This document shows positions 1-8,796 of a stretch of DNA of 64,000 nt, piece after piece. Position 1 is the stretch's first letter, and each line of letters opens with the position of its first letter. The notes beneath the pieces were generated by a model. It was not told where the DNA came from, did no database searches, and worked only from the letters and a program-made list of their open reading frames with translations. The position numbers and the translations under genes were made by a program. Source of the stretch: Patescibacteria group bacterium (lineage in GTDB: Bacteria > Patescibacteriota > Patescibacteriia > PEXW01); contig JBAYJA010000001.1 of the NCBI GenBank assembly GCA_041665345.1, positions 201,206 to 265,205 of the forward strand. Direction: 5' to 3'.

Positions 1-837
1 AACTTTCATCGGTTTTTCATCAAAAAGTGTTTCGTAAATTACTTGCGCAACTTTCATTGGTTCGGCATAAATTGGTTCTTTACCGTCCCACATTTTTGTC
101 CTTCTGCTAATTTCTTCAACTGCCTTTCTCGTGTGTGGGTTGTCGTACATTCCAGTATCTATTCCGCCAGGTCTTACATCATAAATTTCAATTCCTTCAT
201 CGGCAAGTTCTTTTTCAATCCCTTTGATGTAACCAACCAAAGCGTGTTTAGCTGCGACGTGTGTCGCCCCAAAGTGGTAACCACGCTCACCAGACATCGA
301 TGTGACCAGACAGATTTTTGCTTTTTGTCCTCTTATTAACTGTTCTCTGAAAATTGGTACCAATTTAAGCATTAGTTTGTGAGTCGCCGTCACAATTTGC
401 AGTTCAGCATTAATTAGATCTGGAGAAATCTGTTCAAAAGGTAAATATATATTATCGTTTGGTACTTTATAAGCACCACCTCCCATGCCTATTGATTGCA
501 CCCAGTATATTTCTCGGTCTTTTGGCAAATTGTTGGTTAGTGTGGCAATGCCATCATCTGTTGTAATGTCGGTGGCAACATAAGAAATTAATTTATCATC
601 GCAACCAAGCTCAATCAATCCTCGCTTAATTTTTTCAAGATTTTCAGCGGTGCGAGAAACCATAACAACCTCAAAACCTTTCTTACAAATACAATAAGCG
701 GCGGCGGTGCCGATGTTCATTTTGTGTTCCTCGCCGTCAATTATAATTTGATTATGCGTTGGTTTTTCATCAAATTTATATATGTGAGCAATGGGCTTGG
801 AGCCACATCCAGTTATTAAAATTATTGGTTTATTCAT
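1..837 (-). CDS. short-chain dehydrogenase/reductase (SDR) family oxidoreductase, 5' partial at window edge (runs off the left edge on the minus strand)
   Basis: Manual translation of the reverse strand from ATG at 837-835: MNKPIILITGCGS...PGGIDTGMY, with SDR-like Gly-rich N-terminus, a Y/HxxxK-like segment and a PGxxxT motif. The ORF is absent from the track because it has no in-window end. GC is about 38-40% versus about 57% elsewhere. Confidence 0.5.
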   Translation of the reverse strand, partial: MNKPIILITGCGSKPIAHIYKFDEKPTHNQIIIDGEEHKMNIGTAAAYCICKKGFEVVMVSRTAENLEKIKRGLIELGCDDKLISYVATDITTDDGIATLTNNLPKDREIYWVQSIGMGGGAYKVPNDNIYLPFEQISPDLINAELQIVTATHKLMLKLVPIFREQLIRGQKAKICLVTSMSGERGYHFGATHVAAKHALVGYIKGIEKELADEGIEIYDVRPGGIDTGMYDNPHTRKAVEEISRRTKMWDGKEPIYAEPMKVAQVIYETLFDEKPMKV

Positions 838-867
838 AAAAGCTTATGATTAATTTTTTTTCTCCTT

Positions 868-952
868 TGGTGCCGCTGGTCGGAGTCGAACCGACATGGG
901 TTTCCCCACACGATTTTGAGTCGTGCGTGTCTACCAGTTCCACCACAGCGGC
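868..952 (-). tRNA. tRNA-Leu (anticodon CAA), long variable arm, 85 nt
   Basis: The reverse complement folds as a cloverleaf with anticodon loop cuCAAaa, a GTTCGACTCC T-loop and a long extra arm. Confidence 0.7.
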
Positions 953-1105
953 GAGTTACAATTTTTTCCCTTGGGGACCCCGCAGACGAGGCGCGCAGTC
1001 CCGTTGCGGGACGAGCACGCGTCTGTGGGGCAAAGCGAGGCTTCGCACGACGGGCGGAGCGGAGACGCAGCAGCGTCTACGCGCAGCTCTGAGTGCGAAA
1101 CGAGC

Positions 1106-1182
1106 TGGTACCGGGGGGCGGATTTGAACCGCCGACCTTGGGCTTATGAGTCCCACGCTCTAACCAACTGAGCTACCCCGGC
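1106..1182 (-). tRNA. tRNA-Met/Ile2 (anticodon CAT), elongator-type
   Basis: The reverse complement reads gccggggtagctcagttggttagagcg...ctCATaa...ggttcaaatcc...cca. Elongator Met cannot be distinguished from lysidine-Ile by eye. Confidence 0.7.
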
Positions 1183-1350
1183 AGATACAGCGAAAGCCGC
1201 ATGGCTAGTATACCATCGTAGTACAAATGCGGAGGCTACCCCGACGATCCCGCTACGGGATGTCGGGGCTCCGACCGAAGCGTCGGAGCGGCTTTCAGCT
1301 TTCTCAAACATTCTTGGTCGCTGCTCAACGGTTTTACCGCTGAGCTGCGT

Positions 1351-1390
1351 TGGGTGCGGGAGCCCCGCGGCCGCGGGGCGACCTCCGGAT
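1351..1390 (-). pseudogene. tRNA-fMet 3'-half fragment (positions about 38-49 and 65-76) with the T-arm replaced by the palindrome CCCCGCGGCCGCGGGG
   Basis: On the minus strand: tccggaggtcg + ccccgcggccgcgggg + ctcccgcaccca. These are identical to the corresponding parts of the intact tRNA at 1680-1754. Confidence 0.55.
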
Positions 1391-1635
1391 CACCGAGGGT
1401 GAATAATCTTTCGAAAAATATCCCCGCCTTTTTGACGCTTCAGTTGCCGTTCTCTCTGGATTGCCAAAGCCCGGGATGAAAACGTTTCAGTATAAATAAC
1501 TTTCCAAGGACGACGTCGGGCTGTCGATTTTACCATCCCAAGGTTATGACGGGAGAGTCGTTTAGATATAGACTCTGTTTGTCCAATGTAGTACCCCCCG
1601 TCTTTCAAACTTTGGAGGACGTATACGGTAAACAT
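1390..1635 (-). CDS. GIY-YIG nuclease family protein (81 aa, COG2827/UPF0213-like)
   Basis: MFTVYVLQSLKDGGYYIGQTESISKRLSRHN...WKVIYTETFSSRALAIQRERQLKRQK shows the GIY..YIG motifs plus the downstream R and E/K-rich helix typical of small GIY-YIG proteins. Confidence 0.7.
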   Translation of the reverse strand: MFTVYVLQSLKDGGYYIGQTESISKRLSRHNLGMVKSTARRRPWKVIYTETFSSRALAIQRERQLKRQKGGDIFRKIIHPR

Positions 1636-1679
1636 AGATTATCTGGTCACCCATTTGTGGTTTAGCCACATCTGGGTGT

Positions 1680-1754
1680 TGGGTGCGGGAGGGGGATTTG
1701 CACCCCCGACCTCCGGATTATGAGCCCGGCGAGCTGCTACTGCTCCATCCCGCG
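1680..1754 (-). tRNA. tRNA-Met (CAT), initiator-like (tRNA-fMet)
   Basis: The reverse complement is cgcgggatggagcagtagcagctcgccgggctCATaatccggaggtcgggggtgcaaatccccctcccgcaccca. It closely resembles the E. coli tRNA-fMet backbone, with a C1·A72 mismatch and a GC-rich anticodon stem. Confidence 0.7.
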
Positions 1755-1808
1755 TAGAGCGTTTCCCTGATGTTTTCAGGAACGCTTGTATGCATATTTG
1801 TTGGGTCG

Positions 1809-1855
1809 TATGAGCCCGGTCCCGCGGCCGCGGGACTACTGCTCCATCCCGCGTA
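1809..1855 (-). pseudogene. tRNA-fMet 5'-half fragment (positions 1 to about 37) with the D-arm 3' strand replaced by the palindrome TCCCGCGGCCGCGGGA
   Basis: On the minus strand: tacgcgggatggagcagtag + tcccgcggccgcggga + ccgggctcata. The first 20 nt and the anticodon-loop part are identical to the intact tRNA at 1680-1754. Confidence 0.55.
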
Positions 1856-1994
1856 GGAGGGGGAGTCCCCTCAGCAATCGTAAGCAAGCGCAAATGCGCG
1901 TGTCTGTCTTTCACCATACGTAGGGCAAGCCAGATTGTCAAGCATTGACAGTCTTCTCTATGCACAGTAACGTACCAGCACTTGGGAGGTATGC

Positions 1995-2192
1995 ATGCTA
2001 AAGTTCTTTGATTTCTGTGGGTACGTGGGAATACTTGGAGTGGGGTTCTTCCTCTTGCCAACTGCCTGGCTAACGCAGCTGGGTTGTACGGGGACAGTGT
2101 CCTTTATTGGTACGCTTTGCGCCGTCTTCTTCTTGGGCGTACCAACGTTCTTCAAACCCACAAAAGTAACATCAGAGCCTGGCACACGCTAG
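1995..2192 (+). CDS. small hydrophobic membrane protein (65 aa, 2 predicted TM)
   Basis: A GGGAGG Shine-Dalgarno sits 5 nt before the ATG. The sequence is hydrophobic and the gene lies just upstream of parA. Confidence 0.4.
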   Translation: MLKFFDFCGYVGILGVGFFLLPTAWLTQLGCTGTVSFIGTLCAVFFLGVPTFFKPTKVTSEPGTR

Positions 2193-2245
2193 GCTCTTTT
2201 TCATTCCTATTTCCTTGATATTCTCTGCTATACTAAGCGTACTGT

Positions 2246-3025
2246 ATGGCGAGAATCATTTCCGTGGTGAACCAAAAAGGGGGCGTTGGCAAAACGACTA
2301 CTGCTATCAACTTGGCAGCAGAGTTGGCTGCTATGGGCAAATTCGTCTTACTCGTGGACATTGATCCGCAGGGGAATGCGTCCTCAGGTATTGGCTTAAA
2401 CCACCGGCAAATTGAAAATGGGGTGTACCATGCCATCATTGGCGCGCAGCCTTTCCGCGATATTGTTCACGATACGTCTGTGGACGGATTGCGGGCCGCA
2501 CCAGCCACAATGGATCTGGCCGGAGCAAACGTGGAACTAGTGCCCATGGAGCGGCGCGAGCATCGGCTGCGGGACAGTCTAGCTGAGGTACGCAACGAGT
2601 ACGACTACATTCTCATTGACTGCCCGCCAAGTTTGGGTTTGCTGACGCTCAATGGCCTGGTGGCTGCCGAAGAAGTGCTCATCCCTGTCCAAACTGAGTA
2701 CCTGGCTCTGGAAGGGGTTGGCCAGCTGGTGGAAACCATCAACCTTATTCGTGAGCACCTGCAGCCTGGCTTGCAGGTCTTGGGCGTGGTCATGACCATG
2801 TTCGATGAGCGGAACCGTCTGTCCCAAGCCGTGTTCCGCGATTTGTACCAGTACTTTCCAAACAAAATTTTTCGCACGGTCATTCCACGGAATGTCCGGC
2901 TAGCCGAAGCGCCAAGCTACGGCAAAGCCATCCGGCATTTTGACCCCAAGTCCCGGGGCGCTCGCGCGTACGAGAAATTAGCGCGGGAAATTGTGGAAAC
3001 CGAAACTCTGCCACCTTCACCGTAA
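2246..3025 (+). CDS. parA: chromosome partitioning ATPase ParA/Soj
   Basis: Deviant Walker A motif KGGVGKTT, full-length ParA similarity, followed by parB. Confidence 0.9.
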   Translation: MARIISVVNQKGGVGKTTTAINLAAELAAMGKFVLLVDIDPQGNASSGIGLNHRQIENGVYHAIIGAQPFRDIVHDTSVDGLRAAPATMDLAGANVELVPMERREHRLRDSLAEVRNEYDYILIDCPPSLGLLTLNGLVAAEEVLIPVQTEYLALEGVGQLVETINLIREHLQPGLQVLGVVMTMFDERNRLSQAVFRDLYQYFPNKIFRTVIPRNVRLAEAPSYGKAIRHFDPKSRGARAYEKLAREIVETETLPPSP

Positions 3026-3030
3026 CATTT

Positions 3031-3900
3031 ATGCCAGGCACAACTCTTGGGCGTGGGCTCTCCTCGCTCATTCCGGGCGCGGATGCAAAAAACTACTGGG
3101 GCAAAGCAGACCAGAAAGCCGCTACAGCTGGTGAGCGCATTGAGCGCATCCCGGTCACCCGCATTGTGGCCAACCCGCAGCAGCCGCGCGAGCGCTTTGA
3201 GCGGCAGGGGATGGAAGACCTGGTGGCGTCCATCAAGCAGCATGGCATTCTGCAGCCCTTGGTGGTTACGGAAACGCCACGCGGGTACGAGCTCATTGCC
3301 GGTGAGCGGCGTTTGCGTGCAGCGAAGTTAGCAAACCTTCGAGAAGTCCCGGCAATTGTCCGTAGCGCTACCAACCAGGAGAAATTGGAACTGGCTTTGG
3401 TAGAAAATTTGCAACGCCGAGATTTGAACCCTGTTGAACGAGCTCGTGGCTACCAGCGCATGGTTGATGAATTCAACCTGACGCAAGATGAGGTTGCTAA
3501 AAAGGTTGGGCAAAGCCGGCCAGTGGTGGCAAACGGTTTGCGTATACTTCACTTACCCCCAGAAATGTTGGCCGCCCTGAGTGATGGGAAAATTGCGGAA
3601 GGCCATGCGAAAGTGCTCCTTGGCATCACCGATACCAAAGCCCGGCAGCAGTTATTCAAGAAAATGCTGGAGGAACACCTGAGTGTCCGCGCGGTGGAAG
3701 ATCAATCCACCCAAGTGCGGGGTCACAAGCGCCGAGCCCCAGCGAGTGCCGAACTCAAAGCCAAAGCCAGCCGTATCGAAGGCGTGCTGGGGGCCAAAGT
3801 CAGCCTGAAGCCCAGCGGGAAAGGTGGGAAGATTGTCATTGACTACAACGACGCGGAAGAGCTTGAGGGGATTGTGCGGCGGATTGAACGGGGAACGTAG
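3031..3900 (+). CDS. parB: chromosome partitioning protein ParB/Spo0J
   Basis: ParB box LQPLVV...GERRLRAAKLA, helix-turn-helix region, lies 5 nt after parA. Confidence 0.9.
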   Translation: MPGTTLGRGLSSLIPGADAKNYWGKADQKAATAGERIERIPVTRIVANPQQPRERFERQGMEDLVASIKQHGILQPLVVTETPRGYELIAGERRLRAAKLANLREVPAIVRSATNQEKLELALVENLQRRDLNPVERARGYQRMVDEFNLTQDEVAKKVGQSRPVVANGLRILHLPPEMLAALSDGKIAEGHAKVLLGITDTKARQQLFKKMLEEHLSVRAVEDQSTQVRGHKRRAPASAELKAKASRIEGVLGAKVSLKPSGKGGKIVIDYNDAEELEGIVRRIERGT

Positions 3901-4230
3901 AACCCAGAACAGAGAACTAGAGGGGAGATAGATTGGTGTGGTTGAGGGTTTGGGATTTTGGTTGACGTACCCCTTACGCAGGAGTAGTCTTGGCGTACCG
4001 ATAGTCCAGGAGGTTTTGTGGAATCGAAAGAACCGGCAAACGAAAAACCAAAAGTTGGAAAAGGGTTTTTCTGGCTCATCATTTTCGCACTTTGGGGTGT
4101 CATCATTTTTCTCCTTTGGCAGTTTCCTGAAGTTTTCAAGAGCGACATTCTCAATCATTAAGCGTACTTTCGCCCGCTTGCAAATAAGCGGGTTTTTGTT
4201 TGATTTTATTGGCCTTTTGCTGGGTAGCTC

Positions 4231-4258
4231 TTGACATATTTTCTGGTTCGTGTATACT
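4231..4258 (+). promoter_or_regulatory. consensus sigma70 promoter (TTGACA, 16 nt spacer, TATACT)
   Basis: A perfect -35 box at 4231-4236 and a near-perfect -10 at 4253-4258. No ORF follows. Confidence 0.55.
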
Positions 4259-4264
4259 CTCTGG

Positions 4265-4765
4265 TTAACATTCTGGGTAAGTAGGCCTAGCTACTGAACC
4301 AGCTTAACAGTTCTTTACAACCCCAACCTAGGAAGAAGGGAGTAGACATGGGAACACGTGCTGCGCCGCAAGGCACACATTGTTGCTCGGGCTTAAGAGC
4401 CGCGAGTCGTAATACCACCGAATATTCTTCGACCGCTTCGAACTGATCGCCGGCGCCGACCCAGACGCATTATAGCGTCCATGCATTGGGTCAAATGCCG
4501 ACAGTTGTATACACAAACGATAGGATCTCACATGAAACGTCACTGGCGTGACAAGAAGCCATTCTACTAGCGACGCAATATGATAGAGCATCGCAAGAAG
4601 AAGACACGCCGGGTCTGAAAACGTTGAACGCAGCCTGGCATAACATTGGAGGATAGCGATGATCTTCTTCCCTTCAGGATTCGTCTAGGTTCGCACTACC
4701 AAAATTCACCTGTGCGAATACGCAAAATTTACTGCCCGAGTCAGCAATGGCTCGGGAGTTTTTTT
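4265..4765 (+). ncRNA. candidate about 500-nt noncoding RNA of unknown family
   Basis: It lies between the promoter above and a strong rho-independent terminator (cccgagtcagcaatggctcggg + TTTTTTT at 4735-4765). No ORF over 60 aa with a ribosome-binding site is present. It sits in the parB/topA intergenic gap. I could not match motifs for RNase P RNA, tmRNA, 6S RNA or SRP RNA. Confidence 0.35.
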
Positions 4766-4874
4766 ATCCGCAGAAGAAGTGTGTTTGGATTTGCTTCGCC
4801 CTGAGTTTGGTTAAAAGGCATTCTTCGGAGATCCTTCGTCCTCGAAGACTCGTCCTCAGGATGACAGCAAAAAC

Positions 4875-7364
4875 CTACTTCTTCCGCCCGCGCTTCTTCT
4901 TGGGTTGACCTTCGCGTTCCTTAATAAGTTCCAAGGCTTGCTCCAAGGTAATTGCCGACGGCTCTGTGCCGCGGGGGATGGTGGCATTGGTTTCACCATC
5001 CGTGACGTACGCACCAAAGCGGCCATTCTTCACTTTAATGGGTTTGCCAGAGTCTGGGTGGTTGCCCAGTTCTTTCATGGTAGCGCCACCAGCCGTGCGC
5101 TTGCGGTTTGCGGCTTTGGGCTCAGCCAAGAGCTTTTCTGCTTCTGCCAAGGTGAGGGTAATGGGGGACTGACCGTCGGTTAAGCTCCGGGTTTCCACTC
5201 CCGCTTTCACGTACGGACCAAACCTGCCATTCGCTACAACAATGTCTTCACCCGTTGGGTTTTGGCCCAGGGTTTTTGGCAGGCTCAAGAGCTGCAAGGC
5301 CTGCTCCAGGGTGAGCTCATCTGCTTTCATGTCCGGCAGCAGGGAAGCGCTCTTGGGCTTGGGTGCTTTCTCCTTCTTCTTGCCCTTCACCTTCTTGGGT
5401 GCTTCGGGTTTGTCACCCAGCTGCACGTAGGTGCCAAAGCGGCCAGTCTTCAGGTAAATAGGTAGTTTGGTTGTTGGATCTTCGCCCAGCACTTTTGCCT
5501 CAGGCAGGGGAGCGTGGTTGCCGGCTTTATCCAAGTTAATGGTGTGCTTGCAGTCAGGGTAGCCTGTGCAGGCTAGGAAAGTGCCGTAGCGGCCAAACTT
5601 CTTGATCATGGGCTTGCCGCACTTTTCACACACTTCGTCCGTGGCGCTCTCGGTCAGGTCTTTCTTGTCCAGTTCCGCGTCTTTGACCACCAGGTTTTTC
5701 TTGAACGGATCGTAGAATTCGTGGAGCACGGGTTGCCAGGCAATTTTGCCTTCGGCAATGTCGTCAAACTGCTGCTCCATTTTGGCCGTGAACTGGAAGT
5801 CTACAATGGAAGGAAAGTGTTTTACCAGGAGATCATTCACCATGTAAGCCACTTCGGTGGGTTGCAAGCGGCGCTCCATGCGCTCCACGTAGCCGCGGTC
5901 AATGATGGTGCTGATAGTCGGCGCGTAGGTGGACGGGCGACCAATGCCGTACTCCTCCATGGCCTTCACTAAACCGGCGTCGGAGTACCGCGCTGGGGGT
6001 TCAGTGAAGTGCTGAATGCCGTCAATCTTGTTGGCTTTTACACTGTCGTTGACGGCCATGATGGGCAGCAGGTTCTCCTTCACCCCGTCAGGGTAGACTT
6101 TCAGGAACCCAGGGAAGTTGATGGTGGAACCCGAGGCGCGGAACACTGCAGGGACGCTGGCTGCATGCACATCAATGCTCACGGCATCCATGATGGCGTC
6201 CGGCATTTGCGAGGCGACGGCGCGCTTCCAAATGAGTTCGTAGAGCTTTCGCTGGTCGTCTGACAAGTGCTCGGCAATAGCGTCTGGCGTGTGCTGCACA
6301 TCCGTGGGGCGAATGGCTTCGTGCGCCTCTTGTGCGCCCTTGCTGCTGGTGCGGTAGTGCCGACCTTTGGGAACCACGTACTCCGAACCAAAGGTATGTT
6401 CCAAGTAGCCCCGGGTAGCAGTAACAAAGTTTTCAGAAAGTGACAGCGAGTCTGTACGCATGTAGGTAATCAACCCGGTCTGGCCTTTGCCACCCAGGTG
6501 CACACCTTCGTACAGTTGCTGCGCCAGGCGCATGGTGCGGCTGGCAGAAAAACCCAGGCGGCGGTTGGCATCCTGTTGCAAAGTTGATGTGGTGAACGGC
6601 GCAGCTGGGGAGCGCTTGGTCTGCTTCTTCTGTACATCACCAATGGTGTAGGTTGCACTTCGTAAGCGCGCCAGGACGCCATCGGCGGCTTCCTTGCTCC
6701 CTAAGAAAAATTTATCAACCGTCTTGCTGTCCAGTTTGGAAAGCCGAGCTGGGAAGTTTCCAGCTTTGTGTGCAAACTCCGCTTCCACGGTCCAGTACTC
6801 CTGGGGTTTGAAGGCTTGGATTTCTCGTTCACGTTCTACAATCAGCCGCACGGCTACAGATTGCACGCGACCAGCAGACAGCCCCCGCCGGACTTTCCGC
6901 CAGAGGAAAGGGGAGAGCTCATAGCCCACCAGACGGTCCAGGATGCGCCGGGCTTGCTGGGCATCCACGCGCTTCAGGTCCAGGGGTCTGGGTTTGGTAA
7001 AGGCGTGGCTAATGGCATCTTTGGTAATTTCGTGGAAGACCACGCGCTGCACCTTTTTGTCTGGAATGTGGAGCAATTCTGCCAGGTGCCAGGAAATGGC
7101 CTCACCTTCGCGGTCTTCGTCAGTTGCGAAGAAGACGTGGCCGGTTTTTTTGGCCAGTTGCTGCAGTTTTGCCACATGCGCTTCATCCTCCTTATCCACC
7201 ACATAGGTAGGGGCAAAGTCTTTGTCCACATCCACTCCCATTTTGCTCTTGGGCAAATCCCGCACATGGCCGTAGGATGATTCCACGGCGTAGTCTTTCC
7301 CCAGGAAACGGGAAATAGTTTTGGCTTTGGTGGGGGACTCAACGATGACGAGTGCTTTGGGCAT
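4875..7364 (-). CDS. topA: DNA topoisomerase I
   Basis: TOPRIM N-terminus (MPKALVIVESPTKAKTI), type IA core, C-terminal Cys4 zinc ribbons and a Lys-rich tail. Confidence 0.9.
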   Translation of the reverse strand: MPKALVIVESPTKAKTISRFLGKDYAVESSYGHVRDLPKSKMGVDVDKDFAPTYVVDKEDEAHVAKLQQLAKKTGHVFFATDEDREGEAISWHLAELLHIPDKKVQRVVFHEITKDAISHAFTKPRPLDLKRVDAQQARRILDRLVGYELSPFLWRKVRRGLSAGRVQSVAVRLIVEREREIQAFKPQEYWTVEAEFAHKAGNFPARLSKLDSKTVDKFFLGSKEAADGVLARLRSATYTIGDVQKKQTKRSPAAPFTTSTLQQDANRRLGFSASRTMRLAQQLYEGVHLGGKGQTGLITYMRTDSLSLSENFVTATRGYLEHTFGSEYVVPKGRHYRTSSKGAQEAHEAIRPTDVQHTPDAIAEHLSDDQRKLYELIWKRAVASQMPDAIMDAVSIDVHAASVPAVFRASGSTINFPGFLKVYPDGVKENLLPIMAVNDSVKANKIDGIQHFTEPPARYSDAGLVKAMEEYGIGRPSTYAPTISTIIDRGYVERMERRLQPTEVAYMVNDLLVKHFPSIVDFQFTAKMEQQFDDIAEGKIAWQPVLHEFYDPFKKNLVVKDAELDKKDLTESATDEVCEKCGKPMIKKFGRYGTFLACTGYPDCKHTINLDKAGNHAPLPEAKVLGEDPTTKLPIYLKTGRFGTYVQLGDKPEAPKKVKGKKKEKAPKPKSASLLPDMKADELTLEQALQLLSLPKTLGQNPTGEDIVVANGRFGPYVKAGVETRSLTDGQSPITLTLAEAEKLLAEPKAANRKRTAGGATMKELGNHPDSGKPIKVKNGRFGAYVTDGETNATIPRGTEPSAITLEQALELIKEREGQPKKKRGRKK

Positions 7365-7384
7365 ACAAACGGTTCACGGAGAAA

Positions 7385-8494
7385 TTATTTGCGGACGTAG
7401 CGCAGGCTGCCAAGGTGTTTCACGCGGCCGCGCACTTCCAGCAACACTAAGGATGCGTTGATGACGCTTGGGTCAAGATCGCACAGTGCTGCTAATTCGT
7501 CAACGTGCATTGCCTGATCACGAAGGTTTTTGAGGATCGCGGCAATTTCTGGTGGATCATCTGGCTGGACGTCGGTAGCGCTGCGAGCAGAAGTTTTTTC
7601 AATGGCCAGCACGCGCAGGATGTCCTCAGCGCTGGTGATGGGCGTGGCGCCGTTCTTGATGAGCTCGTTGGGACCCACAGACGTTGGACGGGTAAAGTCG
7701 CCAGGCACGGCCAGCACCTCTCGGTTCTGCTCCAGGGCTTCACGCGCAGTCAGCAAAGCACCAGATTTCACCCCGGCTTCCACCACCAGTGTGGCCTGGC
7801 TCCAGCCGCAGACAATCCGGTTGCGGCGGGGGAAGGCCCCGGGTTCAGGAATCGTGCCGGGTGCAAATTCGCTGACCACTGCACCGCCGTGGGCAACAAT
7901 TTCTGCCGCCAATTTGGCGTGCTGGGGTGGGTACAGCACATCCACCCCGCTCCCTAAAACCGCAACTGTTCTACCGCCAGCGTCCAAAGCCGCTTGGTGT
8001 GCGCAGCCATCAATTCCCAAAGCCAAACCGGAGACAATCACCACCTCCGCAGCTGCCACAGGTTCAATCAACTGCGCGGTGGCCACTTTGCCAAAGTTCG
8101 TGTACGCCCGTGTGCCCACCACAGCCAAGGCAGGGCGGTTGGGTTCTGGTACTGTTCCGCGAACATAGAGCACGGGTGGGGCAGCGTAAATTTCCTTCAG
8201 CAGCGTGGGGTAGTTTGCGTCGAGCAGGGTGAGAACCGACGCGCCAATTTTTTCCATCGCTGGGAGAATTGCATCCAGCTGGATTTCCTGCCGACCAGCA
8301 ATGACTTCCTCCAAGCGTTTGCCTTCTAGTTCCAGCGCGGTGCGGAGTGCACTGGCTGGTGCCTGCCACGCTTCCAGCATGGAAGGAAAAGCATTGCGCA
8401 GCAAGGCAAAACGGCGTGGGCCAATGTGCGGCACGCGAAGCCACGCGCACCAGGCTGCGCGTTCTGTTTCGGTCATGGCTGGTTCAACCTCCAT
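7385..8494 (-). CDS. dprA: DNA processing protein A (DprA/Smf)
   Basis: Rossmann-like DprA core (VVSGLALGIDGCAHQAALDAGGRTVAVLGSGVD) and a C-terminal winged-helix domain. Confidence 0.8.
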   Translation of the reverse strand: MEVEPAMTETERAAWCAWLRVPHIGPRRFALLRNAFPSMLEAWQAPASALRTALELEGKRLEEVIAGRQEIQLDAILPAMEKIGASVLTLLDANYPTLLKEIYAAPPVLYVRGTVPEPNRPALAVVGTRAYTNFGKVATAQLIEPVAAAEVVIVSGLALGIDGCAHQAALDAGGRTVAVLGSGVDVLYPPQHAKLAAEIVAHGGAVVSEFAPGTIPEPGAFPRRNRIVCGWSQATLVVEAGVKSGALLTAREALEQNREVLAVPGDFTRPTSVGPNELIKNGATPITSAEDILRVLAIEKTSARSATDVQPDDPPEIAAILKNLRDQAMHVDELAALCDLDPSVINASLVLLEVRGRVKHLGSLRYVRK

Positions 8495-8543
8495 AGATAG
8501 GAGGAGGGTACCATAGGAGGTTGGGAGCGTGTCAAATGATAGT

Positions 8544-8585
8544 TACGAATTACGAAATAAAGATACGAAAATACGAATGTACGAA
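8544..8585. repeat. array of 5 degenerate TACGAA(A) repeats, equal to TTCGTA on the dprA coding strand, about 50-90 nt upstream of the dprA start
   Basis: tacgaattacgaaataaagatacgaaaatacgaatgtacgaa. The same motif array occurs at 49009-49040 and 58278-58290. Confidence 0.6.
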
Positions 8586-8796
8586 AGGGGATAGGAATGG
8601 GGAGAGGGAATGCAGGAAATGTAGTATTCCGAGTGCGGGTGTCCCTGCCTGCGCTCGACCGGGGATTGTTGAAAGGTGAGGGAGGTAGAGGTGTGGAGGC
8701 TTGTTTGGTCGGAGGTTTTGGGTTTGGTGGAAGAATGCAGGACACCCTCCTTCCATACCCTATACCCTAACGAGCGTCCATACCTTTTTCCGTCCC

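Noticed and set aside
846-1171. ORFs 846-1127(+), 923-1171(+) and 956-1156(-) of 66-93 aa
   Set aside because: They overlap the two tRNA genes and their GC-rich spacer. They have no ribosome-binding site and are Arg/Ala-rich, which looks like a GC artefact.
1639-2185. ORFs 1639-2061(-) of 140 aa and 1958-2185(-)
   Set aside because: They run through the tRNA-fMet gene and its fragments, or lie antisense to the small membrane ORF. There are no translation signals.
3652-4591. ORFs 3652-4158(-), 3843-4154(-), 3938-4234(+) and 4328-4591(-)
   Set aside because: They lie antisense to parB, or inside the promoter/terminator-bracketed ncRNA candidate. They lack a Shine-Dalgarno and have odd composition.
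4265-4765. RNase P RNA or tmRNA identity for the 500-nt ncRNA candidate
   Set aside because: No GGAAAGUCCGG or ACAGAANCCGGCUUA (RNase P) motif, and no tRNA-like GGUUCGAnUCC...CCA 3' end (tmRNA), were found by eye.
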